Shown here in pieces: positions 1 through 11,747 of a stretch of DNA of 64,000 nt. Position 1 is the first letter of the stretch, and the number at the start of each line of letters is the position of its first letter. The notes beneath the pieces are model-generated. The model saw only the letters and a list, made by a program, of their open reading frames with translations, made no database searches and had not been told where the DNA came from. A program made the position numbers and the translations under genes. Source of the DNA: Thermoanaerobaculia bacterium (GTDB lineage: Bacteria; Acidobacteriota; Thermoanaerobaculia; Multivoradales; JAGPDF01); NCBI GenBank assembly GCA_963719555.1, contig CAVRCL010000001.1:67379-131378 (forward strand), given 5' to 3'.

Positions 1-330
1 ACCGGGCTCTTCCCTCCTGCCCGTGCCCGGCGAGCGGTCGAGGTGGCCGGCATCAGCCAGCCGGGCGAGCAGCCAGGAGAGCGCCGGGCGCCTTTCGTCC
101 GGGTAGCTGCGCGAGCGCGAGGATCGCTCGCGACCGACGTCCCCGCCGCGAGCTCGGGCTCGAGCGCCAGGCTCTGGGCGATCGCGACGGCCCAGTCCGA
201 GACGTAGCGCTCGACCAGCTCGCAGGCCTGGTAGAGGCGTCGGAGAAGAGGTCGCGCGGGATCTCGCCGAGCAGGTCTCCACCGCGGGATTGCGCGGCGG
301 GGGCAGGAAGGGCACAATCACGGCGACCAT
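1..330 (-). CDS. Hypothetical protein, 5' part only (runs off the left edge). Possibly has a winged-helix or methyltransferase-like N-terminus.
   Basis: Reverse-strand ATG at 330. Protein-like stretches (LYQACELVERYVSDWAVAIAQSLALEPELAAG; RRPALSWLLARLADAGHLDRS) lie in different minus frames, so it is frameshifted. No ORF-track entry and no family recognised. Confidence 0.3.
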   Translation of the reverse strand, partial: MVAVIVPFLPPPRNPAVETCSARSRATSSPTPLPGLRAGRALRLGLGRRDRPEPGARARARGGDVGRERSSRSRSYPDERRPALSWLLARLADAGHLDRSPGTGRREEPG

Positions 331-531
331 TCTAGCCTGTGCTCGCGGCGGCAACCGGGGTGGCAGGGGCGCCTCACGGGCGGACGATTTCGGGTTGGAT
401 CGATTCCAACCGGCGCGCTGCGCTAGGATCGCCGGAATGACTGCGAGGAAGCCGGACGAGAGCCGCATCGACGTTGCGAGCGCGGTGCTCCGCCCGCCGA
501 AGATTCCCGGATCGGCCGCATCGCGGGCCAT

Positions 532-1059
532 GTGCGCGGGATGCTGACCGAGCTCGGACTCGATCTCGCCGACGACAACCTGCGCGAAACCGACCGCCGG
601 GTCGCCAAGATGTACCTCGAGATGTTCCACGGTCTCGAGGAAGGCGCCGAGCCGAAGGTCACGACCTTCCCGAACGACGAACACTACAGCGCGATGGTGA
701 TGGAGAAGCAGATCCCGTTCTACTCCATGTGCGCGCACCACCTGGTGCCGTTCTACGGCCACGCCCACCTCGCCTACATCCCGAACGACCCATCCTCGGG
801 CTCTCGAAGTTCGCGCGCATCCTCGAGTTCTACGCCAAGCGCCCGCAGCTCCAGGAGCGCCTGACCGAGCAGGTGGCCAACTATCCTCGAAACCCGCCTC
901 AAGCCCCAGGGCGTCATGGTGGTCATCGAGGCGCGCCACCTCTGCGTCGAGATGCGCGGCGTCAAGAAGCCGGGCGCGGTGACCGTGACCTCGGCGATCC
1001 GCGGCATCTTCCACCAGAAGCCGGTCCGGGAAGAGTTCCTCGACCTGCTCCGGCACTGA
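532..1059 (+). CDS. folE: GTP cyclohydrolase I (FolE), frameshifted in this assembly
   Basis: ORF 532..864 gives [18 protein letters not shown]...[25 protein letters not shown]. The continuations [29 protein letters not shown] and [33 protein letters not shown]...LLRH lie in the other two + frames, so there are at least 2 shifts (about 790 and 880). Stop is TGA 1057-1059. Confidence 0.85.
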
Positions 1060-1120
1060 TCGCCGATCTCCGGTCACGCTCGCGCGACTCGCCCATGCAG
1101 CATGCGCACGAGGAGAGACC

Positions 1121-2199
1121 ATGAAACTCGGTCCGCGCCCGCTTCGCCGGCAGCGGGATCGCCGTTCCGCCGCGGGTGATCGACAACCCGACGCTCGCGC
1201 GCGTCATCGAGACCGACGACGACTGGGTGCGCGAACGCAGCGGCGTCGTCGAGCGGCGCTACGTCGAGGCCGGCGTCGCCTCTTCGGACCTGGGCGCCGA
1301 GGCCGCGCGGGCGGCGCTCGCCGACGCCCGGATGGAGCCGCGACGAGATCGACTACATCGTCTGCGCCACGATGACGCCCGATCACTTCTTCCCCGGCTG
1401 CGGAACGCTCCTGCAGCAGAAGCTGGGCATGCGGCCGATCCCGGCGCTCGACATCCGTCAGCAGTGCGCCGGCTTCGCCTACGGCCTGCAGATGGTCGAC
1501 GCGCTCATCCGCTCGGGCATCGCCCGCAACGTGCTGCTCGTCGGCACCGACGTCCACACCTCGCTGATGCCGTTCTCGCAGCGCACCTGGGCGGTCATCG
1601 AGGGACGCGAGGAGGGGCCGATCTCGGCGGAGGAGTTCGCCTGGAACTCGCGCTTCCGCCACCTGCTCGTGCTCTTCGGCGACGGCGCCGGGGCGATGGT
1701 CTTCCGCGCCTCGGAGGAGGACGACGGCCGCGGGATCCTCGGCGCCCGGCTCTACGGCGACGGCAACCACCAGGACATCCTGACCGTCCCGGGCCTCGGC
1801 TCTGCCGCGCCGGCCGTTCGTGACCGCGGAGCAGATCGCCGCCGGCGAGACAGTGCCGGTGATGGATGGCCGCAAGGTCTTCAAGCTCGCGGTGACGCTC
1901 ATGCCGCAGGTGACGTCCGGGCTGCTCGCCGAGCACGGGTTCACGCACTCGCCGACCTCGACCTGCTGGTGATGCATCAGGCGAATCTGCGCATCAACGA
2001 AGCGGCGCAGAAGGCGCTCGGGCTCCCCGACGCGAAGGTGCACAACAACATCCAGAAGTACGGCAACACCACCTCGGCCACGCTGCCGCTCTGCTTCCAC
2101 GAGGCGCGCCTGGCCGGCAAGGCGCCGGAGGGGGCGCTGGTCGGGTTCACCGCCCTCGGCGCCGGCCTCCACTGGGGCGCCGTGCTGCTGCGGCTCTGA
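1121..2199 (+). CDS. fabH: 3-oxoacyl-ACP synthase III (FabH), frameshifted
   Basis: AGGAG precedes ATG 1121. Pieces RFAGSGIAVPPRVIDNPTLARVIETDDDWVRERSGVVERRYV, CATMTPDHFFPGCGTLLQQKLG...IRQQCAGFAYGL and HQANLRINEAAQKALGLP...NIQKYGNTTSATLPLCF...GAGLHWGAVLLRL are spread over three + frames. Confidence 0.9.
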
Positions 2200-2225
2200 C
2201 CGGCGACGCCAGGTGCGCGCCGGCG

Positions 2226-3269
2226 TCAGGGCCGGCCGAGGCCGGTGCGCTCGAGCTTGAGCAGCTCGCGTATCGATGCCGTCGTAGAGCTCGCGGCTGC
2301 GCCGGTCCCAGGTCTCGGGGGTGAACACCCCCGGCGGCGCCGAGAGCTCGACCGCGGTCTCGTGGTCGGATCGCCGGGCGAGCTTGATCCGCGCGTCGCT
2401 CCACAGCAGCGCCCAGTCGTCGGTCACTTCGACGCTCGGGTCCATCGGACGTGCCGGCGATCTGCAGCGTATTCAGGACCGCCACCAGCAGGGCGCTGCC
2501 GGCGCCCTTGTAGGGGCTGCGGTAGATGCGGCTCGCGGAGGAGCTGCCGGCGGGCGGCACGAACGAGTCGGTGGTCAGCAGGGGCGCGAACGGGCGGCTC
2601 GAGCTGCCAGCTCGGCGAAGTTGGCGTCGCTCGCGGGCGCGCACCCGCGAGCGCTCGTCGAGCTCGATGGCGCGTCCGAGATGCTGCGCGGCGAGCGCCG
2701 AGTAGCCGGCGAGGGCGAAGTTCGTGGCGACCAGGTAGTAGGCATCGGCGGAGCGCGAGTTGGCGACCAGGTGGCGTTCGAACTCGCGGCTCGCCGCCTC
2801 GAGCTTGCCTTGCAGGAGGTAGACCGCGCCGAGGTTGATCGCATTGTCGCTGGCGGAAGGGTCGAGCCTCTCGGCCTGCGGCGAGCGCGACGATCGCGTC
2901 GTCGTAGCGCTTGTCGGCGATGGCCAGGCCGGCACGGTTCAGCCAGCCCTGGCGCAGCGTCGGATCGAGCGCCAGCGCCTGGTCGAGGTCCTTCCTGCAG
3001 TCGTCGAGCTCGCCGCCGATGCACCGCGCCGTCGAGCGCAGCAGCAGGGCGCGGGCGTTCTTCGGTTCGCGCTTGAGGATCGGGGCGAGCAGATCGAGGG
3101 CGCGCTCGCTGTCGCCGGCGTCCACGCGCCTGCTGCGCGGCGGCGAGCGGGTCGCGGCCTCCCGGCGCGTGCCTGGTGCCGGCCGGGGCGGGGGAGGCCC
3201 AGCTGCCGCAGGGTGCGAGCGCCAGACCGGCGGCGCAAAGGAGGGGGAGGAGTCGGCGGGAGAAGCCAT
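2226..3269 (-). CDS. TPR-repeat protein, probably a secreted lipoprotein, frameshifted
   Basis: TPR-like segments: ALDLLAPILKREPKNARALLLRSTARCIGGELDDCRKDLDQALALDPTLRQGWLNRAGLAI and NLGAVYLLQGKLEAASREFERHLVANSRSADAYYLVATNFALAGY. An alternative frame right after the ATG reads FSRRLLPLLCAAGLALAPCGS, a signal peptide with a lipobox-like Cys. The 3' end assumes RELLKLERTGLGRP-stop at 2226. Confidence 0.65.
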
Positions 3270-3321
3270 CGCCTCAATCTATCCGACCGGGGCGGCAGCG
3301 CCAAAGCAGGACGCCATTAGA

Positions 3322-4411
3322 ATGCAGCGTATGACGCCCCGCACTCCAGGCTCCGCCGCCGAACGAGATCGCCGCAGCGCTCGGCAAACGCGTCATCGGG
3401 CAGGCCGGCGCGGTCAAGGAGATGGCGATCGCCCTCTCCAAGAAGCTCGCCGGCCTCGGAGTCGGCAATATCCTCATGATCGGCTCGTCGGGGACCGGCA
3501 AGACGACCCTGATGCGCGCGGTGGAGAAGTTCCTCGCCGCCGATCCCGATGCTCGCCTCGCGCTCGGCGGTCGTCCGCATTCACGCCAACGTCCTGGGCG
3601 AGGAGGCGCAGGCCGGGCGACCCGGCGAGGCGGTGATGCGCCGGCTGCTGGAGCGCGCGCGGGAGCAGCTGGGAGACGGCGCCGGCACGGCGGCGATCGT
3701 CGCGCGCGCCGCCCAGGGGCTGGTCTTCGTCGACGAGGTGGACAAGATCCGCAGCCATGTCGGCGGCACGGTGAACGTCGCCGGGATCCGCGCCCAGGAG
3801 GCGCTGCTGACCCTGATCGAGAACGAGGCGGTGCCGGTGGTCTTGCCGGAGTGGCTGGGTGGCGGCGCGACGACCGTCGACTCGTCGGGGCTGCTGTTCG
3901 TCTGCGCGGGCGCCTTCGAAGGTCTCTACGATGCGGTCTACGACCGGGTGACGATCGGCGTCGACAAGGGCTCGCTGCAGCCGGTGACGGTGGTCGAGGG
4001 CGGCAGGGTCCGGGAGGAGCTCCGTTTCGAGCTCCGCGACTGGCTGAGGAACGAGGATCTCTTCGACTACGGCATGAGCCCGCAGTTCCTGTCGCGCTTC
4101 GACGCCGTGGTGATGCTCGAGGACCTGGGCGAGGAGGAGCTGCTGAAGATCTTCCTCGAGGGCCCGGACTCGGGCTTCATCCAGACGCGCGCCTTCTTCG
4201 AGAGCCGGGGCGTGAAGCTCGCCATGTCGCCGAACGCCGCCCGCGCCATCGCCCAGGCGGCGCGCGCGCCAGCCCCGCCTCGGCGCGCGGGCGCTCAAAG
4301 AGGTCTTCCGGCGAGTCATCCGCGACTTCGAGTTCGACCCCGCCAAAGCACGCCGGCCAGGGCGTCCTCCTCATCGACCAGCCCCAGGTCGCGGCGGCGC
4401 TCGGGGAGTAG
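3322..4411 (+). CDS. ClpX-like AAA+ ATPase lacking the N-terminal zinc-ribbon domain, frameshifted
   Basis: Motifs seen: VIGQAGAVKEMAIALSKKL, Walker A GSSGTGKTTL, Walker B LVFVDEVDKI, QEALLTLIE, LLFVCAGAFEGL, MSPQFLSRFDAVVMLEDLGEEELLKIF and GARALKEVFRRVIRDFEF. These parallel ClpX blocks from memory. At least 4 frame changes (about 3340, 3560, 4270, 4340). Confidence 0.75.
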
Positions 4412-4481
4412 ATGGCCGGTCGAGCTCCCGGTCAGGGCCCACTGCGAGCGGCTAGACTAGTGAGCCTATGGAGGATCTGCG

Positions 4482-4682
4482 ATGCGACTGACTCTCGAAT
4501 ACTGGCCCGATGACGGCGGCTACGTTGGCCGTCTCCGCGAGATCCCCGGCGTCTTCAGCCAGGGCGAAACCGTCGGCGATCTCGAAGCGAACATCCGGGA
4601 CGCCTACGAGCTCGTCCTCGAGGACGCGCGCTCAGAGCCTCACCCAGCAGCCCTGCTCAAGGAGATCGAGGTTCCTGCGTGA
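4482..4682 (+). CDS. hicB: HicB-family antitoxin
   Basis: 66-aa ORF MRLTLEYWPDDGGYVGRLREIPGVFSQGETVGDLEANIRDAYELVLED, matching the HicB N-terminal fold pattern. GGAGG lies 7 nt upstream. Its stop overlaps the hicA start (GTGA). Confidence 0.8.
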   Translation: MRLTLEYWPDDGGYVGRLREIPGVFSQGETVGDLEANIRDAYELVLEDARSEPHPAALLKEIEVPA

Positions 4683-4858
4683 AGATCGCGGCCTTCCTGC
4701 GCGAGCTCGCGCAGAAGGGCTGCGTTCTCCATCGTCACGGCGGTCGACACGAGCTCTGGTTGAATCCCAGGAACGGCCGCAAGGCGCCCGTCCCGCGCCA
4801 CAACGACATCAAGGAATCGCTCTGCCGCGTCATTCGTAAACAACTCGAGGTGGAGTAA
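4679..4858 (+). CDS. hicA: HicA-family mRNA interferase toxin (59 aa, not in the ORF track)
   Basis: Hand translation from GTG 4679: VKIAAFLRELAQKGCVLHRHGGRHELWLNPRNGRKAPVPRHNDIKESLCRVIRKQLEVE, stop TAA 4856-4858. Size, position and the PxH...IxKQ pattern fit the YcfA/HicA family. Confidence 0.75.
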   Translation: MKIAAFLRELAQKGCVLHRHGGRHELWLNPRNGRKAPVPRHNDIKESLCRVIRKQLEVE

Positions 4859-4936
4859 CGGGTGGTTCGTAAGGCCGCGCTTGGCGAGCAGCCCACCGGC
4901 CAGCTGGTATCCAGTACCGCGAGGAGGAATCGAGCG

Positions 4937-5544
4937 ATGTGTATTTCGACGCTCCTCATTGGGCCTTTGGTGCTCGCCGGCGCGTTCGCGGCGAGCTCCC
5001 TGCAGGGAGGAGCCACGCGCGGCCGCTGGTTCCTCGACAGCTGCCCACCGGAAAACGGAGCGAAAGCCGCGGCAGTGAGGGCCGAGATCCTCTCGGCTGC
5101 GCCCGGGTCGAGCGTCTATGTACCTCGACCCTTTCCGACGACCGACGAACAGGTCATCGAGGATCTCGAGTACCAGTTTCTCGATCTCTTTTCCAGGATT
5201 CCCCGAAGGAGATTCCCGAAGACGTTCGCGGTGTACTGCGGGCCCTCCAGCGCAAGTCTGCTCGTTTCGAGGTTCTCGAGTTCGTGGACTGGCGATCCTC
5301 GAGGTGCGGCTTCGTCTATGGGCAGACAGACTTCCACTTTCTGGTGAGCGTCTACGCCGCTGGCGAGGAGAGAGAGCTCGCTCGCATCGTGATCGCCGAC
5401 ACTGGGTTGTTGGGCACGTTCGTAACGCCGCGAGCCGGGCTCGCGATGCGCTCGATGCTGCGCCTCGCCGAGGCGTTTCCATCAAGGCTCGTCGGGATCT
5501 TTGCCTTGCCAGAGCGCGGCGAGATCCCGCGCGCCATGCACTAA
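4937..5544 (+). CDS. Orphan hypothetical protein with an N-terminal signal peptide, one frameshift
   Basis: Strong GAGGAGG lies 7 nt before ATG 4937. The N-terminus MCISTLLIGPLVLAGAFAASSLQ is hydrophobic. The reading frame switches near 5210 to ...VRGVLRALQRKSARFEVLEFVDWRSSRCGFVYGQTDFHFLVSVYAAGEE.... No family recognised. Local GC is about 50-63% against about 70% in the flanks. The 3' end overlaps the convergent toxin by about 60 nt and is uncertain. Confidence 0.4.
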
Positions 5545-5799
5545 GGCGAGGACTTCGACGCGGTTCGGCAAGATTCGATAGACGAGCCGGTAGCTGCCAA
5601 CGAAGACCTCCCGGATCGCGGCTTCGCGCAGCTCGGGGACGACTCGGCCGCGTTCGGCGAAGCGGTCGAGCGAGCGCGCGATATCGCGCGCTTGCGCGAG
5701 GAGGGTGGCGGCGTAGTTCGGAGAGTCTTGAGCGATGTAGTCAGCGGCCTGCTCGAGATCGGACCAGGCGCGATTCGTCCACTCTACCGATCGGGCCAC
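5482..5799 (-). CDS. RelE/ParE-family toxin (105 aa)
   Basis: This is the C-terminal 105 codons of the spurious 450-aa ORF 5482..6834: VARSVEWTNRAWSDLEQAADYIAQDSPNYAATLLAQARDIARSLDRFAERGRVVPELREAAIREVFVGSYRLVYRILPNRVEVLALVHGARDL. The GTG start at 5799 overlaps the antitoxin stop. Confidence 0.75.
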   Translation of the reverse strand: MARSVEWTNRAWSDLEQAADYIAQDSPNYAATLLAQARDIARSLDRFAERGRVVPELREAAIREVFVGSYRLVYRILPNRVEVLALVHGARDLAALWQGKDPDEP

Positions 5800-5975
5800 T
5801 TGGCGATCCGGCGCTCGACTTCCTCCTGGGTCAAGAGGCGACCCTCTTCGGCGTCGCGCAGACCCGCTTCGATCTTCTGCACGACGTAGAGGTGGTATTG
5901 GATCTGCTCGAGCGAGGCGTCGTCGGGCAGGGCGTCGAGGATTCTCTGCGCTTCCTGCTTGGCGGTGGCGTTCAT
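5784..5975 (-). CDS. Putative antitoxin partner of the ParE-like toxin
   Basis: 63-aa ORF MNATAKQEAQRILDALPDDASLEQIQYHLYVVQKIEAGLRDAEEGRLLTQEEVERRIAKWPDR lies immediately upstream of the toxin and overlaps it by 16 nt. Family not assigned. Confidence 0.6.
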   Translation of the reverse strand: MNATAKQEAQRILDALPDDASLEQIQYHLYVVQKIEAGLRDAEEGRLLTQEEVERRIAKWPDR

Positions 5976-6059
5976 GGCGGGTCGATTCTACTGCCGTAGG
6001 GCATCGTCGAGAGCGCGCCGCAGTTTTCCCCTTAGCCGCGGCCTTTCGCGCGCCGGACT

Positions 6060-6818
6060 CTAGCGGTCGACGGGGCCGCGGCGCAGGGGGCGGGCGGCGC
6101 GTTCGGCGCGCAGGCGCTTGGCTTTGCGCTTGCGCAGGCGGCGGCGGAGGCCGATGGGGAAGAAGACGAGAAGGGCGGCGGTGACGGAGACGGCGAGCGC
6201 CTGGCGGAGGATGCCGGCGCGGTCGCCGGTCGCGGCCTGCAGGAGAGTGGCGGAGAAGTAGGTGATGATCGCGATCGGCGGCAGGAGGCCGATCGCCGAG
6301 GCGAGGAGGAACTTGGGGAGCTTCACGCCGACGACCGCCGCGGCGGCGTTCACCAGGGCGAACGGCACCGGCAGGAAGCGGATGGCGATGAGCGGCATGA
6401 ATCCCCGCCGGTGGAGGAGCTTTTCGGCGCGCTGAATCTTCGCGCCGCCGATCCGCTCGACGAACTCGCGCCCGAGGAGGCGCGCCAGCAGGAAGCTGGT
6501 CAACGAGCCGAGAAAGATCCCCACCCAGTTCCAGAAAGTCCCCCAGAGCGGCCCGAAGATCGCCGCGCCGGCGACGATCAGCGGTGTCGCCGGCAGTCCC
6601 GCCGAACCCAGCACGATGATCGTGCCGACCAGCGCCGCCGGCGCCCACCACAGACCGCGCACGTGGTCGAGGTAGCCCTGGATTCTCTCCACCTTGAGGT
6701 ACTCGGCGAGCGGGGTGTAACGGGCGGCGAGAAAACCGCCGACGACGAGGAGGAGGAGGAGGCCGAACTTGATCGCCGGTCCGCGCAACGAGCGCGGCGC
6801 CTCGGGTAGTGACTTCAC
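6060..6818 (-). CDS. DedA / TVP38-TMEM64 family membrane protein
   Basis: Multi-pass membrane sequence ...LPATPLIVAGAAIFGPLWGTFWNWVGIFLGSLTSFLLARLLGREFVERI...RRGFMPLIAIRFLPVPFALVNAAAAVVGVKLPKFLLAS.... I chose GTG 6818 as the start because it overlaps the upstream stop as GTGA. Confidence 0.85.
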   Translation of the reverse strand: MKSLPEAPRSLRGPAIKFGLLLLLVVGGFLAARYTPLAEYLKVERIQGYLDHVRGLWWAPAALVGTIIVLGSAGLPATPLIVAGAAIFGPLWGTFWNWVGIFLGSLTSFLLARLLGREFVERIGGAKIQRAEKLLHRRGFMPLIAIRFLPVPFALVNAAAAVVGVKLPKFLLASAIGLLPPIAIITYFSATLLQAATGDRAGILRQALAVSVTAALLVFFPIGLRRRLRKRKAKRLRAERAARPLRRGPVDR

Positions 6819-7081
6819 CTGGCGGAGGTCCCATCGAGCGCCAGGAACTCGCGCATGTGCGACGTGAGGATCTCCTGGGCGGTCGGCTCCATGAAGTTCA
6901 ACTTGAGCTCGTTGATGACCATCACTTCGGCGCGCTTCCACTCTTCCCAGCAGGGCGGGCAGACACGGCGTTGCAGCTCTTCACCGAGGGCGCCGCGGAA
7001 GGGCGGGCGCAGCAGCCCCGCCGGCCGCGTGGCGCAGCGTGGACACAGATGCGGGATGGCCTGCGTCGAGGTCGTGTCCAT
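6815..7081 (-). CDS. YggX-like Fe(2+)-trafficking / oxidative-damage protection protein, with extra CxxC pairs
   Basis: 88 aa. ...CPRC...[55 protein letters not shown] parallels E. coli YggX ([37 protein letters not shown]), recalled from memory. Confidence 0.7.
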   Translation of the reverse strand: MDTTSTQAIPHLCPRCATRPAGLLRPPFRGALGEELQRRVCPPCWEEWKRAEVMVINELKLNFMEPTAQEILTSHMREFLALDGTSAR

Positions 7082-7103
7082 GGGGCGTCTCCGGGTACGG
7101 GCC

Positions 7104-9378
<2,275 letters not shown>

Positions 9379-9566
9379 GAATCTCCCTTCTGCAACTCGC
9401 GTCTGGAGCTCGTTGTTCTCTCGCGGTCCGGCCCGTGCCGGGCGGCGGGATGACGGATCATCGCCCTGGGCCCCAGGTCCCGCAGTCGGAGTCTATCGTG
9501 GGCGGGGCGAGGCTTGGTAAACGGTGGCGGCGCTGCCCTCCGGCGAGCGGCGCCTGTCCGCTGCGC

Positions 9567-10539
9567 TCAGCGCGAGTCTGCCGAGGCCCGGCTGCGATAC
9601 CAGGCGGCGACGCGGCGAAGACCTTCGCGGATCGGGACCTGCGGCGTGTAGCCGAGCATTCGCGCCGGCCTTCGAGACGTCGGCGAAGGTGATCGGCACG
9701 TCGCCGGGCTGCTCGGGGAGCATCTCGACGCCGGGCTTCGACCTCGAGCGCCTCGGCGATCCAGTGCACGAGGTCGATGAGCGTCGTCGTCTGCGAGCCG
9801 CCGAGGTTGAAGATCTCGAAGCCCGGGGCGAGATCGAGCGCCGCCAGAACGCCGTCCACGATGTCGTCGATGTAGGTGTAGTCGCGCCGCGTCTGGCCGG
9901 TGCCGAAGAGCGGCACGGTCTTGCCGCGCGCCAGCAGGTCGGTGAACTTGGCGATCGCCATCTCGGGGCGCTGGGCCGGGCCGTAGACGGTGAAGAAGCG
10001 CAGGCAGGAGGTGCGCAGGCCGTAGAGGTGGTGGTAGTTGAAGCACGAGCAGCTCGCCGGCCCGCTTGGTCGTCGCGTAGGGCGAGATCGGCTGGTCGAC
10101 GGCGTCGTCCTCGGCGAACGGCACCTTCTCGTTGATCCCGTAGACGGAGGAGGAGGAGGCGAAGACGAAGTTCGCCGGGCCGTGCCGTCGCGCCGCCTCG
10201 AGCAGGCGCAGGGTCCCGATGCAGTTGACCTCTTCGTAGAGGATCGGCTCGGCGAGGCTCGGCCGCACGCCGGCCCGGGCGGCGAGGTGGATCACGGCGT
10301 CGAAGCGGCCCGCGGCGAACAGGCGGTCGACCAGCGCGGCGTCGCGGATGTCGCCCTCGACCAGCCGCCAGTCGTCGCGCTCCGCGAACTCGGCGGCGTT
10401 GGCGCGCTTCAGGGCGGGGTCGTAGAAGTCGTTGAAATCGTCGAGGACGGTGACCCGGTCGCCCCGGTCCAGGAGTCTGCGGGTGACGTGAGCTGCCGAT
10501 GAAGCCGGCGCCGCCGGTGACGAGGATGTGCTGACGCAT
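9567..10539 (-). CDS. NAD-dependent nucleotide-sugar epimerase (UDP-glucuronate 4-epimerase-like), frameshifted
   Basis: [67 protein letters not shown]...SPYATTKRAGE, FFTVYGP and LFGTGQTRRDYTYIDDIVDGV lie across three minus frames. Confidence 0.85.
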
Positions 10540-11747
10540 ACCTGCCGGCTGCGAGCCTATCGCAGCTCCGGGCGGACTGCTCGCAGCGATCGTCAGGGCT
10601 CCTTCGACGGCGGCCGTTTCGAGCTCTCTCTCGAGCCGCACCTCGGCGCCCTTCTTCTGGCGGTTGCGGATCAGCCGCTTGAGGATCGCCGACTCGTCGA
10701 TCCCGGCGACGATGTCCTTCATCGCCTGGTAGAGCTCCGGATCGTTGATCATCTGCGCCGCGGAGCCCGGGCCGCGATCGAGCTTCCCGGCGACGCGATT
10801 GAGATTCTCGACCAGCGACTGGAGGTCGGCGGAGAGCTTCTCGCCGTACGCCTCGTCGCCGAGGAGCTTCGGCAGCAGCGCGCGCTCCTCCCGCAGGGAG
10901 GTCGTCACCGATTCGAGGTTCGCGGCGGCGCGCTCGATGCTCGCGAGCGACCGTTCCAGGCGCGTCCCGCTGCTCGTCGTCGGAGAGCAGCATCCGAGAG
11001 CGCCCCTTCGCCCGACTCGGTCTTGGCGAGCAGGGAATCGAGCCGGTCGACCGTGCCCTCGAGCTTGTCGCCGAGGGTGCGATCGTTGAGCAGGCGGGGG
11101 AGGGGGCCGTCGCCGTCGCGAAAGTCGTCGAACATGCCGCGGATCGAGTCCAGGGTGGCGATGAATTCGGTGGTCACCTTGCGATTCGGCTCGACGTCCT
11201 TGGTGAGCTCGCCGAGGATCCCCTCGCCGCGCTCCATGCGCCCGAGGATGGTCGTCAGCTGTTCGGTGATCCGGGTGACGTTGTTCACCAGATCCTCGCC
11301 GGAGGCCCGCAAGCGGTCGACGTCCGTGGTCGGGGCGGTGCCGATGTCTCCGCCTTCCTGGACCTCGGGGAACTTCGGCGAGCCGGAGGAGATCTCGATG
11401 TACTTGTCGCCGAGAAGGCCAAGCGTCCGGATACGAGCCATCGAGTCCTCGCGAATGCGGGCCGCGAAGCGGGCTTCGACGCGGATGCGGATCCCGATCT
11501 GGTTCTGCTGCACGTCCTCGGAGAGGTCGATCGCGGCGATCGATCCGACGCCGACGCCGTCGAGCTGCACGTTGCTCCCGGGCTGCAGCCCCGACACCGA
11601 GTCGAGACGGATGTAATAGTCGTTCTTCTGCGAGAACAGATTGCGCTGGTCGCCGACGAGGAAGATCGCCGCCATACCGAGGGCGAGCGCGACCAGCAGC
11701 AGGAGGCCGACCTTACGGGCGGAGGACGGGTTAGGCGACATCGGCAT
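10540..11747 (-). CDS. mlaD: MlaD/MCE-domain protein with a long helical C-terminal extension, frameshifted
   Basis: MPMSPNPSSARKVGLLLLVALALGMAAIFLVG (TM anchor), then an MCE core YYIRLDSVSGLQPGSNVQLDGVGVGSIAAIDL...RIRTLGLLGDKYIEI. About 250 aa of coiled-coil-like sequence follow. The stop is not resolved because the frame runs into the epimerase ATG. Confidence 0.75.

Noticed and set aside
5482-6834. A 450-aa minus-strand ORF.
   Set aside because: Only the last 105 codons encode the RelE/ParE-like toxin. The upstream part overlaps the antitoxin out of frame and runs through dedA in the wrong frame, giving a Pro/Arg-rich translation.
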